Assembly: GCA_964535015.1 (NCBI GenBank)
Contig: CAZHRU010000004.1
Location: 2,716-61,328 of the forward strand
Source of the DNA: an uncultured Verrucomicrobiota bacterium
GTDB lineage: Bacteria; Verrucomicrobiota; Kiritimatiellia; CAIKKV01; CAITUY01
Reading direction: 5' to 3'
DNA: 58,613 nucleotides
A program made the translations under genes and the position numbers. The notes below the pieces were generated by a model, which made no database searches, had not been told where the DNA came from, and saw only the letters and a list, made by a program, of their open reading frames with translations. Positions 1 to 8,878 of this stretch are shown here, piece after piece (position 1 is the stretch's first letter; every line of letters starts with the position of its first letter).

Positions 1-126
1 CCCCAGTGGAGATTGTTTATGCCGCCCACCGGGCTCGCCCCGGTGGAGGCAAACGCTACACCGCCACCTTGCCCCAGTGGAGATTGTTTATGCCGCCCAC
101 CGGGCTCGCCCCGGTGGAGGCAAACG
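1..126. repeat. Tandem repeat (71-bp period, 2 copies visible, may continue beyond the window) containing REP-like hairpin GCCGCCCACCGGGCTCGCCCCGGTGGAGGC
   Basis: CCCCAGTGGAGATTGTTTATGCCGCCCACCGGG... starts at 1 and again at 72; CCACCGGG/CCCGGTGG inverted arms; same core at 5860-6009. Confidence 0.9.
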
Positions 127-192
127 TTGAACGTCCAGGGAACACGCACACAACCCTTTCCCCGCACCTCAAAATCACCCGCCACCCCCCCC

Positions 193-2286
193 TTACTCAT
201 TCAAAATCATAAACGACTTCACCACAATCGGGTTGGGCCTTCCCGCATTTTTCACCGGATCGCGCCATACCTCCGCCACCGCACGAATCCCCGCCGCCAC
301 ACTCCTATCCGACATCATGGCCACAACCTTGGTGGTTTGAACGTTCAGAAGAATAATGAAATAGTTTTGCCGCACCCCCATCAACCCGGCCGCATTCCTG
401 ACAAACGACTCCCGTTGCAAATCCGTCGAACCCGGATAACTTGCCGCCGGGTAAATACTCCCCCAATTCACCGTCCCCAAGTCCGATAACTTCATCGCCG
501 CATTGGTCGCCGTCATTGCCATTATTGAATTTACAACCGTATCCAGAAGCGCCCCGGACAATCGATTTGTCTCCGGACCGGGTAGATCAATCGGCATATC
601 ATCATACACCGCCATCATGACTTCACGTTGCTGTGTCCCAAGATGAACTTTTCCTCTTGAAACAGTATTACTTATGGAATCACAGGCAAAATAGTCCAAA
701 ACCGGATGGATATTACCCATATTTAGAGTACCATGCTTGTACAAACGTAACGTTTCCAATGGACTTCCAAAGAACAAACACCCCAATTCGCCAACACTTG
801 CCATCTTCCTGTTTCCCACATACATAGAAAGATCGCCATCCCTAGTAGCACCGACTGATCCGGAGAAATACTGAAGTGTTGCCAAGTTTGTCGTCCCTAA
901 CGTACTTGCATTAGTCAACATCAACCATTGGTCACTCCGATAATTCAATCGTGGATCACGGCACTCGTACGTAAAACTGGTCTGAGTAAGATAGTTTGAC
1001 CCACCTGACAAGACCGGAGGAGGAAGAGACCACGTCATCACAATTGGGGAATTGGTGACCGAATCGACTACTTTGCCTGCTTTCTCAATCCAAACATATA
1101 CATTCGCCGTCATCACAAGGTTACTGCTCGGGCACGCAGCAACCACACCACCCACCACATTTTGCTGAAAAAACGGCAAATGCGGCAATGCAAAATAGGG
1201 CGGCATTCCGGAAAGCGGCACATTTACACGGGTTAATGGATTAGACATAGGGACATACATGGCGGAAGAACAATTGGTGAACACCACGCGATAGTTCAAC
1301 GTGCACCCGGCATAGTCTCCGCTGATGAAAGGATAGACACACTCAACCGATAGTTTAACCGCACCACTCACCGTGTAGTTTGAACCACTGGATGTAAACA
1401 CAAGGTAATTACTCACATAAACCTCGTTGAACATCCAAACCGGTTCAACAGAAGGCCCCTCCGCTACACTAGGCGCCACCAGATTCCCCAAGTTTCCCGG
1501 GGTAAAATCATCATCAACGTAATCAATAAGATTTGTAAACAATGTTCCCGCTTGCTGCATCGAGAACCCCGAATTCGTAAATCCTCTCATGATATTAGTC
1601 TGGTTGTTCACCAAGGACGCCACGTCGCCGCCCACATACACCAGACTCCCCGTCGGATTCGGATACGCCAAATAGGTCGCAAAATTCGCCGGCTTACACG
1701 CCAACGCACCGGAGTTCGTCCCAACCGCCGCCAACTCCTGCTGCGTCAGATAGACCCGTTTATTACTCAGAATGGCCTCATCCTGCACATCAACAAGATT
1801 GGCAATCTGCAACTCCTGGACATTCGTTCCGGCACCCCGCACCATGCCACCCGCATAGTTGGCGTCTAGTAACCCTGAACAATTGAGGATCAGATAGGCG
1901 TACCGTCCTTCAACTCCAGATACAGGAACATCCACCCACCCCGCCCGCAACGTCGCCCCCGTTATCACCGCCGTCGGCAGAACTCCCCAGGCTACCCCAT
2001 TCGTCATCGCGATGGCATCGCCATACCCCACCGAATTAGTCACCGACCATGGCGGATAACTCCTCGTCCCCACTGTCGTCTCAATATCCTGCAACGCCCG
2101 ATTCAACGCCACAGACAACAACTGCCGGGTCTTGACATCATTCTTGAAATTGCCTGCCGCCACCCGTTCCGTCCGCATGAAGATCGCAAACGCCACCCCC
2201 ATCACCATCATTAAGGCCAACAGCCCAATGACCAGAATCAAAGCCACCCCACTCCGATCACCAAGGCAATTATCGTGCCGTTTCAT
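193..2286 (-). CDS. PilX/GspK-like large minor (pseudo)pilin
   Basis: RSG|VALILVIGLLALMMVMGVAF class III-like N-terminus lacking E5; last gene of a pilin run; ORF extends to 2316 but ATG 2286 gives a normal leader. Confidence 0.75.
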   Translation of the reverse strand: MKRHDNCLGDRSGVALILVIGLLALMMVMGVAFAIFMRTERVAAGNFKNDVKTRQLLSVALNRALQDIETTVGTRSYPPWSVTNSVGYGDAIAMTNGVAWGVLPTAVITGATLRAGWVDVPVSGVEGRYAYLILNCSGLLDANYAGGMVRGAGTNVQELQIANLVDVQDEAILSNKRVYLTQQELAAVGTNSGALACKPANFATYLAYPNPTGSLVYVGGDVASLVNNQTNIMRGFTNSGFSMQQAGTLFTNLIDYVDDDFTPGNLGNLVAPSVAEGPSVEPVWMFNEVYVSNYLVFTSSGSNYTVSGAVKLSVECVYPFISGDYAGCTLNYRVVFTNCSSAMYVPMSNPLTRVNVPLSGMPPYFALPHLPFFQQNVVGGVVAACPSSNLVMTANVYVWIEKAGKVVDSVTNSPIVMTWSLPPPVLSGGSNYLTQTSFTYECRDPRLNYRSDQWLMLTNASTLGTTNLATLQYFSGSVGATRDGDLSMYVGNRKMASVGELGCLFFGSPLETLRLYKHGTLNMGNIHPVLDYFACDSISNTVSRGKVHLGTQQREVMMAVYDDMPIDLPGPETNRLSGALLDTVVNSIMAMTATNAAMKLSDLGTVNWGSIYPAASYPGSTDLQRESFVRNAAGLMGVRQNYFIILLNVQTTKVVAMMSDRSVAAGIRAVAEVWRDPVKNAGRPNPIVVKSFMILNE

Positions 2287-2320
2287 AATAACCCACCTTC
2301 TGACTAGGCAGTCCATCGTC

Positions 2321-2355
2321 CGTAGTCTGTAGTCTGTAGTCCGTAGTCCGTAGTC
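2321..2355. repeat. Heptamer tandem array (YGTAGTC)x5
   Basis: cgtagtc tgtagtc tgtagtc cgtagtc cgtagtc read directly. Confidence 0.9.
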
Positions 2356-2361
2356 AATCCC

Positions 2362-2907
2362 TCACCCATCCCGCCCACGATTGGGAAAGGTCGCCCGGGA
2401 ATGAAACACCGTCGGCCCGAATTCATTCGTGACCGTAACCCTGATATCCACCCACAAAGGCAATGGATTTGGACCTCCCACCGTCTCGGATTCAAACTCC
2501 AAACCTGCAACCCCTTCGCACATGGGTTGCGGTCCGCCGGAGTTAACTTCGCGTGTGACGACCCCACCACTACTCCAGACATACTTCACCGTCTGGGTCG
2601 CCCGCAGAGTTGCAGTTGCCTCTCTAAGAATCATGAACGACGCAGAACTCCCGCTGACGTTCCAGGTATTCGTTACCGGCATGGCCATTTCCATTTCTTG
2701 CGACATATAGTCGGCCACCGCCCGCCCCGTCAAAAGCACCTCGGCCTTGCGCACCCCCGTATCCCACGCCACCGATGCCCGCTGGAAAAACATGCCAATG
2801 ATCATCACAATCACCACCAGCATGGACATCGCCACCAGCAGTTCAACCAACGTGAAGCCACGCCTGCCTCGTCTGGCCGCCGCATCCTGTATATCCTGCT
2901 CATCCAT
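2362..2907 (-). CDS. Prepilin-type protein, PilW/GspJ-like
   Basis: RRG|FTLVELLVAMSMLVVIV N-methylation motif; position before PilX-like gene. Confidence 0.85.
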   Translation of the reverse strand: MDEQDIQDAAARRGRRGFTLVELLVAMSMLVVIVMIIGMFFQRASVAWDTGVRKAEVLLTGRAVADYMSQEMEMAMPVTNTWNVSGSSASFMILREATATLRATQTVKYVWSSGGVVTREVNSGGPQPMCEGVAGLEFESETVGGPNPLPLWVDIRVTVTNEFGPTVFHSRATFPNRGRDG

Positions 2908-2910
2908 GTT
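2884..2910. repeat. 27-bp dispersed element ATCCTGYNY-ATCCTGYNY-ATCCATGTT, copy 1
   Basis: atcctgtat atcctgctc atccatgtt; six further copies in window. Confidence 0.85.
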
Positions 2911-2970
2911 ATAGTTCTTTCGCTTCTCACCCTTCCTTCGTGCCCTTGGTGAACTTCGTGGTGAATCCCT

Positions 2971-3456
2971 CTACTTCCCCTGATAATAGAACTCCGTGTA
3001 AAATGTACTCGGATAGATCAATGTTCCCGCCGGATACTGCCCGTTCTCCACCTCCAACTTGGCCGAATACGAAGTCCCGCTCGCCGTATTCATCGTCAAC
3101 CGGTACCGCAAGTGTTCCGCACCATTGGTCGGAAACACCACATCGTAGACACCCGCCGTTGCAATCGGCCCCACACCTAAAACTCCTGTCCGGAGATCAA
3201 CCGATACCGCCGAATCACACCATTCGCTCCAATTCGTAATGCCAACCGCATTCCCCTTCAACCCGTTCATAACCGTACTCGCAAATAACCCGCACCGGGT
3301 ATCCGCCGTGTCATCCTCAATCGCCCTCAACCCCGACGGGAACAAACTGAATATCGCCAACAAACCGAGCCCAATCACCAGCACGGCCAGACATACCTCA
3401 ATCAGGGTAAACCCACCCTGATTATTCACATCATCCTGTCTATCCTGTATATCCAT
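2971..3456 (-). CDS. Prepilin-type protein, PilV/GspI-like
   Basis: QGG|FTLIEVCLAVLVIGLGLLAIFSLFPSGL motif; ORF extends to TTG 3462. Confidence 0.85.
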   Translation of the reverse strand: MDIQDRQDDVNNQGGFTLIEVCLAVLVIGLGLLAIFSLFPSGLRAIEDDTADTRCGLFASTVMNGLKGNAVGITNWSEWCDSAVSVDLRTGVLGVGPIATAGVYDVVFPTNGAEHLRYRLTMNTASGTSYSAKLEVENGQYPAGTLIYPSTFYTEFYYQGK

Positions 3457-3459
3457 GTT
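3433..3459. repeat. 27-bp dispersed element, copy 2
   Basis: atcctgtct atcctgtat atccatgtt. Confidence 0.85.
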
Positions 3460-3533
3460 CAATTCCTGCTGTCTCCCATCCCCACTCTGCCTTTATCATC
3501 CCCCATTAACCATCAACCATCCCCCCCTCCCCC

Positions 3534-4019
3534 CTACTGCACCTTCGTCACCCCCGTCAACTGCCACACCGTTACCGTCGACACTCCTTGCACACCCCCG
3601 GCCTGCACCACCCGCTCTTGAAGAACCACCGTCCCCATCCCACCCGCCCCGCCAATCGGCGAAAACGTAATGGGTGCCGGAGCAGCGTCATTCCAAAATT
3701 TAATTCCCAACGGCAGATAAGCCGTCCGATGCACTTCTCCAGTCGTCCCGGTGGATTCTGCCGCCACCACCTTCATATAATTGGTGGTTGTGCTCGCAAC
3801 GAATTCCACCCGCATGGACTTCCGTTTCGTCACCGCCTGCTGACGCGCCAGCATCAATGTCGTCCGCACCGTCGCAACCGCCCCCCTCATTTCAGTGCCA
3901 CGCCGAATCCCGAAATACCCGGCGGCTCCAATCCCCATCAACATCAACATAATGGCCATCACCACCAGCAACTCAATCAGGGTGAACCCAAGATTTCTAC
4001 ACTTCTTCATTTTGACCAC
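3534..4019 (-). CDS. Prepilin-type protein, GspH/FimT-like
   Basis: LG|[12 protein letters not shown]; LMLARQQAVT helix; ITFSPIG and LTGVTKV C-terminal pattern typical of GspH/FimT. Confidence 0.85.
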   Translation of the reverse strand: MVKMKKCRNLGFTLIELLVVMAIMLMLMGIGAAGYFGIRRGTEMRGAVATVRTTLMLARQQAVTKRKSMRVEFVASTTTNYMKVVAAESTGTTGEVHRTAYLPLGIKFWNDAAPAPITFSPIGGAGGMGTVVLQERVVQAGGVQGVSTVTVWQLTGVTKVQ

Positions 4020-4029
4020 GTATTCCGCC

Positions 4030-4057
4030 TTCTGGATTCTGACTTCTGGATTCTGGA
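4030..4057. repeat. Heptamer tandem array (TTCTGGA/TTCTGAC)x4
   Basis: ttctgga ttctgac ttctgga ttctgga. Confidence 0.85.
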
Positions 4058-4066
4058 TTCAATCTT

Positions 4067-4561
4067 CTAGTACTTCGCAGAAATATCATCACCACCCGCC
4101 CCATTATCCACACAATTCTGCCCGCACGACCAGACCCTGACATAATTCCCCGTCACATCAATACGGATCCGGTACGCCATGTTCGACTTGAATGGATCAC
4201 AGAAAGCACTAGTCGTGTTGGTCAGTTCAAAGAAGTTGATATGCCGCGTGTTGCCTGGCCCCCCGCTTACCAAACAACGCAACACAAGATAATTATTGTT
4301 ACTCCAAACTCCGCCGCCCGATGGATTGAAGGGCCATGCCGTATACTCCGTATGGAACGCTCGTATGGCCGTTGCCACACTCTTCACCTCGGTTTCCGCT
4401 CGCTTGATCTTGGTCTTCATCTGGAACCCGATGATCGCCGGCAACATGATCCCCGCGAGAAGACCAATAATCGCAATCACCGTAAGGAGTTCAATCAACG
4501 TGAACCCCCACACTCCCAGTTTCTGATCCCTGACCCTATCCTGTCTATCCTGTACATCCAT
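4067..4561 (-). CDS. Prepilin-type protein, GspG-like
   Basis: WG|FTLIELLTVIAII; DPF...VWSCG...GDDI C-terminal motif; ORF extends to 4579. Confidence 0.85.
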   Translation of the reverse strand: MDVQDRQDRVRDQKLGVWGFTLIELLTVIAIIGLLAGIMLPAIIGFQMKTKIKRAETEVKSVATAIRAFHTEYTAWPFNPSGGGVWSNNNYLVLRCLVSGGPGNTRHINFFELTNTTSAFCDPFKSNMAYRIRIDVTGNYVRVWSCGQNCVDNGAGGDDISAKY

Positions 4562-4564
4562 GTT
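4538..4564. repeat. 27-bp dispersed element, copy 3
   Basis: atcctgtct atcctgtac atccatgtt. Confidence 0.85.
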
Positions 4565-4588
4565 AGATTCGCACTCCACTCTGCACCC

Positions 4589-5122
4589 CTACTGCATCCA
4601 ACTGGTAACATCGTCCTTCTGCTGTGCCGCAGAGGCAGAGGACCCATCCTTTCCCACCGACCATACACCGATCTCGCGGTAAATTGTTACCCCAGTGTAT
4701 GGAGTTATAATCCCGTCTCCCGGCGTGGCTATAAAATATCTATATGCGGAACCCCACGGATCAACAAATGAACCCGAACTATTTGTCGAGGCCGCATCAA
4801 ACTCCATATAGAGGACACGCCGCGTGTTCTCACCACTACTATTGTTTAGGAACTGCACCATAGCAAAAACTACGTCCTGTCCTGATCCAGTAACAAAGGG
4901 TGGTACAGGCCATCCCCGATAATCACTCTGTATCGCCCGGAAAGCCAGATCCAATTGCTTGACCTCCGCCTTGGCCTTGGTCTTCTTTGCCACCTGCCGC
5001 GCATAACTGAACGCAGGAAAAAGCAACGCCACCAGCAATCCAATGATGGCAACCACCACCAGCAATTCAATCAGGGTAAAGGCATTCCGCCTGCCCAGTC
5101 TCAGATAGCCCGCTTCGTTCAT
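4589..5122 (-). CDS. Prepilin-type protein, GspG-like
   Basis: RNA|[13 protein letters not shown]; DPWG...WSVGKDG...DDVTSW. Confidence 0.88.
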   Translation of the reverse strand: MNEAGYLRLGRRNAFTLIELLVVVAIIGLLVALLFPAFSYARQVAKKTKAKAEVKQLDLAFRAIQSDYRGWPVPPFVTGSGQDVVFAMVQFLNNSSGENTRRVLYMEFDAASTNSSGSFVDPWGSAYRYFIATPGDGIITPYTGVTIYREIGVWSVGKDGSSASAAQQKDDVTSWMQ

Positions 5123-5152
5123 ACCATCTTCCCTTCCAACGACTGTCGCATC

Positions 5153-5770
5153 CTAATCCGTCCACTGCACCCCAATATCATCTCCACCACCATTCTCGTC
5201 GCTTCCATTTGGCCCGACAGACCATAGAATAAACCGCTGGTAATCCGGACCTGACGAATTATATCTAAGTTCCCTCCCCCAAGCATCAACCAACGTGTGA
5301 AACTTGTTCGTGAATCCCCCGTTCCAGGCACCAACCGTTACATTAGTGTAGGGGATCGGAGTGATTCCGCTACCAATACCCTCCAGAAAATGCTGCCAGG
5401 GTGCCGCCTCCTGATTGTGCCGACTGTCGGTTGAGAAGATGTAGTACACCAAACCTGTTGACCATCCCAGTTGCTCCTGAGGAATGATAACTTCGGTTGG
5501 TATTAATCCTTCGTAAATGAAAGGAACCGTGCTGACCGGCGGATAGGTTCCATACAAGGCATAGTACGACCCCAGCGCATTCTTGACCTGCTGGAGAATC
5601 CATTCCGTGCGAGCGGTACTCCCCCTCCGATTGACAATCGACATCACCCTGAGCGAGATGCCCATCAGAATCAGGATGATGGACACCACTACCAGGAGTT
5701 CGATCAACGTGAATGCCTTCCGTTTACCGACCGCCACTCCACTCCGGCCCAGTTTCCAGATGTTTTTCAT
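5153..5770 (-). CDS. Prepilin-type protein, GspG-like
   Basis: RKA|[13 protein letters not shown]; DAWG...WSVGPNGSDENGGGDDI. Confidence 0.88.
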   Translation of the reverse strand: MKNIWKLGRSGVAVGKRKAFTLIELLVVVSIILILMGISLRVMSIVNRRGSTARTEWILQQVKNALGSYYALYGTYPPVSTVPFIYEGLIPTEVIIPQEQLGWSTGLVYYIFSTDSRHNQEAAPWQHFLEGIGSGITPIPYTNVTVGAWNGGFTNKFHTLVDAWGRELRYNSSGPDYQRFILWSVGPNGSDENGGGDDIGVQWTD

Positions 5771-5859
5771 TGAAATCCCTCCGTCCAGATTTTACCACAC
5801 ACTCCACCAAACCCAACACTCAAAAACCACCCCGCCCTGTCCCTTACGCACCTCCAAAT

Positions 5860-6009
5860 GCCGCCCACCGGGCTCGCCCCGGTGGATGCCAACGTTGCAC
5901 CCTTTGCGACTCCGCCGCCCACCGGGCTCGCCCCGGTGGAGGCCAACGTTGCACCCTTTGCGACTCCGCCGCCCACCGGGCTCGTCCCGGTGGAGGCCAA
6001 CGTTGCACC
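5860..6009. repeat. Tandem REP-like repeat, 54-bp period, 3 copies
   Basis: GCCGCCCACCGGGCTCGCCCCGGTGGAGGCCAACGTTGCACC cores at 5860, 5914, 5968 with identical linkers. Confidence 0.92.
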
Positions 6010-6014
6010 ACCCT

Positions 6015-7325
6015 TTACAGACTTCCGATAATCGTCACCAACGGCAGGAACATGGCAATCACTATCGTTCCCACCACCAACGCCAACAGAATGATCATGA
6101 TCGGCTCGATAATGGACGTCAACGCCTCTACCGCCGTATCCACCTCATCGTCATAGGTTTCCGCAATTTTCATCAACATCTCAGGCAACGCACCCGTCTC
6201 TTCTCCCACCTGAATCATGCCCACCACCATGGGCGGGAAGACCCCCGATGACTCCAACGGCGTGACGATCGTTTCCCCTTCCTTGACACTGTCATGCACC
6301 TGCGTCACCGCCTTGGCCAGTACCGCGTTGTTGGTCACTTCCTTGACGATGTTCAACGCCTGCAGAATCGGAACACCACCAGTCAACAGCGTACCCAGCG
6401 TTCGCGTGAAATTCGCTATCGCCGACTTTCGCACCAATTGCCCGAATATCGGAGACTTGAGTTTCATCACATCCAACGCCCGCCGCCCGGATGCCGTCTT
6501 GGCGTACAGTTTCACCAGCACCACAACCCCCGCAATGCCCGCCAGGATGTAGAGTCCATGCTGTGCCACAGCATTACTCACGCCAATCACCATCTGCGTC
6601 AGTGCCGGCAACGCCTTGCCCTGCAACAGATCATCAAATATCTCCTTGAACTTCGGAATCACATAGATCATCAAGACCGACAAGATGATCAGCGCCATCA
6701 CCATAACCACCACCGGATACACCATGGCGCCCTTGACCTTGTTCCGGATCTTCTGACTCTTCTCCATGAACTCGGCCAGACGCAATAACACCGTATTCAA
6801 CGCGCCCGAGGCCTCGCCCGCCTTGGCCATGTTGATATAAAACGTACTGAACACCTTGGGATACTGCGCCAACGCCTCGGCAAACGTGCTGCCACCCTGC
6901 ACCGATTCGGCCATCCCTGAGATCGCCGTGTACAGTTGCGGCGTCTTCTCCTGCCGTTGCAACACGTGCAACCCCCGCAACAACGGCAACCCGGCCTCCT
7001 GCAAGGTGGCCAACTGCCGCGTAAATACCATCAGATGCTTGGTCTTGATCTGACCTTGCATCATGCCGGATAAACCGGACAAAAAGGCAGGCAACTTAAT
7101 CTCGGCTTGTAACCCCTTCCCCTTCGCCGCCGGACCTTTCACACGCGCCGCCGTCGCCTTTGACCCGCCGCGCTCGCCCGTCCGGGCATCCACCACACTG
7201 GTCGGAAACAACCCCTTTTCCTTGACCAACGATACGGCCCTGGATTCGTTCTCCGCATCCAGCACCCCCTCGACTTCACGCCCCTTGGCGTCCATAGCGA
7301 CATAACGGAACTTAGGCATTGGCAC
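6015..7325 (-). CDS. pilC: Type II secretion/type IV pilus inner-membrane platform protein (GspF/PilC)
   Basis: FTRQLATLQEAGLPL, AGEASGAL, VGEETGAL, IIEPIMI...IAMFLPL motifs. Confidence 0.95.
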   Translation of the reverse strand: MPMPKFRYVAMDAKGREVEGVLDAENESRAVSLVKEKGLFPTSVVDARTGERGGSKATAARVKGPAAKGKGLQAEIKLPAFLSGLSGMMQGQIKTKHLMVFTRQLATLQEAGLPLLRGLHVLQRQEKTPQLYTAISGMAESVQGGSTFAEALAQYPKVFSTFYINMAKAGEASGALNTVLLRLAEFMEKSQKIRNKVKGAMVYPVVVMVMALIILSVLMIYVIPKFKEIFDDLLQGKALPALTQMVIGVSNAVAQHGLYILAGIAGVVVLVKLYAKTASGRRALDVMKLKSPIFGQLVRKSAIANFTRTLGTLLTGGVPILQALNIVKEVTNNAVLAKAVTQVHDSVKEGETIVTPLESSGVFPPMVVGMIQVGEETGALPEMLMKIAETYDDEVDTAVEALTSIIEPIMIILLALVVGTIVIAMFLPLVTIIGSL

Positions 7326-7530
7326 CCTCCATGATTACAAGTCTGACTCTAGTCTTCCGATATTGCCGATGCAAGTCCCTTTGCTGTTGTTTTAATACAC
7401 CCTGCTTTGCTGTTGTTTTGCCCTGCCGGGTTAGATAGTATCCACCGCGATTCCTCCTGACAAAACAATATGATGACGGAATGCAACAGGCTGTGATGCG
7501 AAATGTCATATCTAAGATTACCTATTCCCC

Positions 7531-7551
7531 AAACCCTGAACCCTGAACCCT
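7531..7551. repeat. Heptamer array (RAACCCT)x3
   Basis: aaaccct gaaccct gaaccct; same family at 8930 and 52030. Confidence 0.75.
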
Positions 7552-7567
7552 GCCCCCCCGGACCACT

Positions 7568-8869
7568 ATGAGCCTAAAGAACGAAGACATCCTAAACTAC
7601 CACCTCGGCGGCAAAGTAGGCATGCGAGTCACCAAGACACTGCGCGGTCCCGCTGAACTCAGTCTGGCCTATACCCCCGGCGTAGCCGTCCCCGTCAAGG
7701 AAATCGCCCGTGACCGCGCCAACCTTTACCGCTATACCGCCAAGGAGAACCTCGTTGCCGTCGTCAGCGATGGAACCGCCATCCTGGGCCTGGGCGATCT
7801 CGGCGCCGAAGCCAGCATCCCCGTTATGGAAGGCAAGGCCGTTCTGTTCAAGGCCTTCGGCGACGTGGACGGATGGGCCGTCCCTTTGAACCATTGCCGC
7901 CTGAACGGCGCCAACACAGGCAAAACCGACCCCAAACGCGTCATCGACACCGTGGCCGCCATCGCCCCCATGTATGGCGGCATCAACCTCGAGGATATTG
8001 CCGCCCCGGCCTGCTTCGAAATCGAGGACACCCTCGATGCCATGCTCGATATCCCGGTCTTTCACGATGACCAATGGGGCACCGCCGTGATCACCCTCGC
8101 GGCTGCCATGAACTACAGCCTGCTATCCAACCAATCGCTGTCCGATATCCAAATCGTCATTAACGGCGCTGGAGCCGCCGGCATCCGCATCTGCGAAATG
8201 CTCAAGGCCGCCGGGGCTCGCAACCTCATCTTGTGCGACTCCAAGGGCGTGGTACACGAGGATCGCCCCGATCTGACCGGCAAGAAGCGTGAACACGCCA
8301 CCCGTACCCGCGCCCGCACCCTCTCCGACGCCATGAAAGGCGCCCATATGTTCGTTGGCGTCTCGGTCGCGAATTGCCTAACCCCCGCCGATGTCCTATC
8401 CATGGCCCCCTACCCCGCCATCTTCGCCATGGCCAACCCCGACCCGGAAATCCGCCCCGAAATTGTTGCCGAGACCCTGAAAACCAGACCCTACATCATG
8501 GCCACAGGGCGTTCAGACTTCCCCAACCAGATCAATAATGTCCTCGGATTCCCCTTCCTCTTCCGCGGCGCCTTGGACGTCAGGGCCCGTTCCATCACTC
8601 TGGCCATGAAAGTGGCCGCCGCCCAGGCGTTGGCCTCCCTCGCCAGGGAACCCGTCCCCGCCGAAGTCAGCAACCTGTATGGGACCCAACTCTCCTTCGG
8701 ACCCGGTTACATCATCCCTAAACCGTTCGACCGGCGCCTCTTCGTCGAGGTCCCCGCCGCCGTTGCCACCGGCGCCGTCGAGTCCGGCGCCGCCCCGGCC
8801 TTCGATCTCGCCGCCTATAGGACAAACTTGATCAAACGCGACCAACAACGCCTTTTCCTCCAGATGTAG
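7568..8869 (+). CDS. NAD(P)-dependent malic enzyme (no PTA domain)
   Basis: LSLAYTPGVA, DGTAILGLG, PVMEGKAVLFK, INLEDI, FHDDQxGTA, GAGAAG, TGRSDFPNQINN. Confidence 0.95.
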   Translation: MSLKNEDILNYHLGGKVGMRVTKTLRGPAELSLAYTPGVAVPVKEIARDRANLYRYTAKENLVAVVSDGTAILGLGDLGAEASIPVMEGKAVLFKAFGDVDGWAVPLNHCRLNGANTGKTDPKRVIDTVAAIAPMYGGINLEDIAAPACFEIEDTLDAMLDIPVFHDDQWGTAVITLAAAMNYSLLSNQSLSDIQIVINGAGAAGIRICEMLKAAGARNLILCDSKGVVHEDRPDLTGKKREHATRTRARTLSDAMKGAHMFVGVSVANCLTPADVLSMAPYPAIFAMANPDPEIRPEIVAETLKTRPYIMATGRSDFPNQINNVLGFPFLFRGALDVRARSITLAMKVAAAQALASLAREPVPAEVSNLYGTQLSFGPGYIIPKPFDRRLFVEVPAAVATGAVESGAAPAFDLAAYRTNLIKRDQQRLFLQM

Positions 8870-8878
8870 CACCACTCC

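Noticed and set aside
2362-5770. Diversity-generating retroelement or shufflon acting on the pilins
   Set aside because: No reverse transcriptase or recombinase, no template/variable repeat pair and no inverted cassettes seen
5860-6009. CRISPR array (palindromic 30-bp repeats at regular spacing; also 1-126)
   Set aside because: Intervening sequences are identical rather than unique spacers, and no cas genes are in the window
5583-6251. ORFs with repeated RRPPGSPRW peptides (also 6-489)
   Set aside because: Translations of the REP-like arrays overlapping real opposite-strand genes
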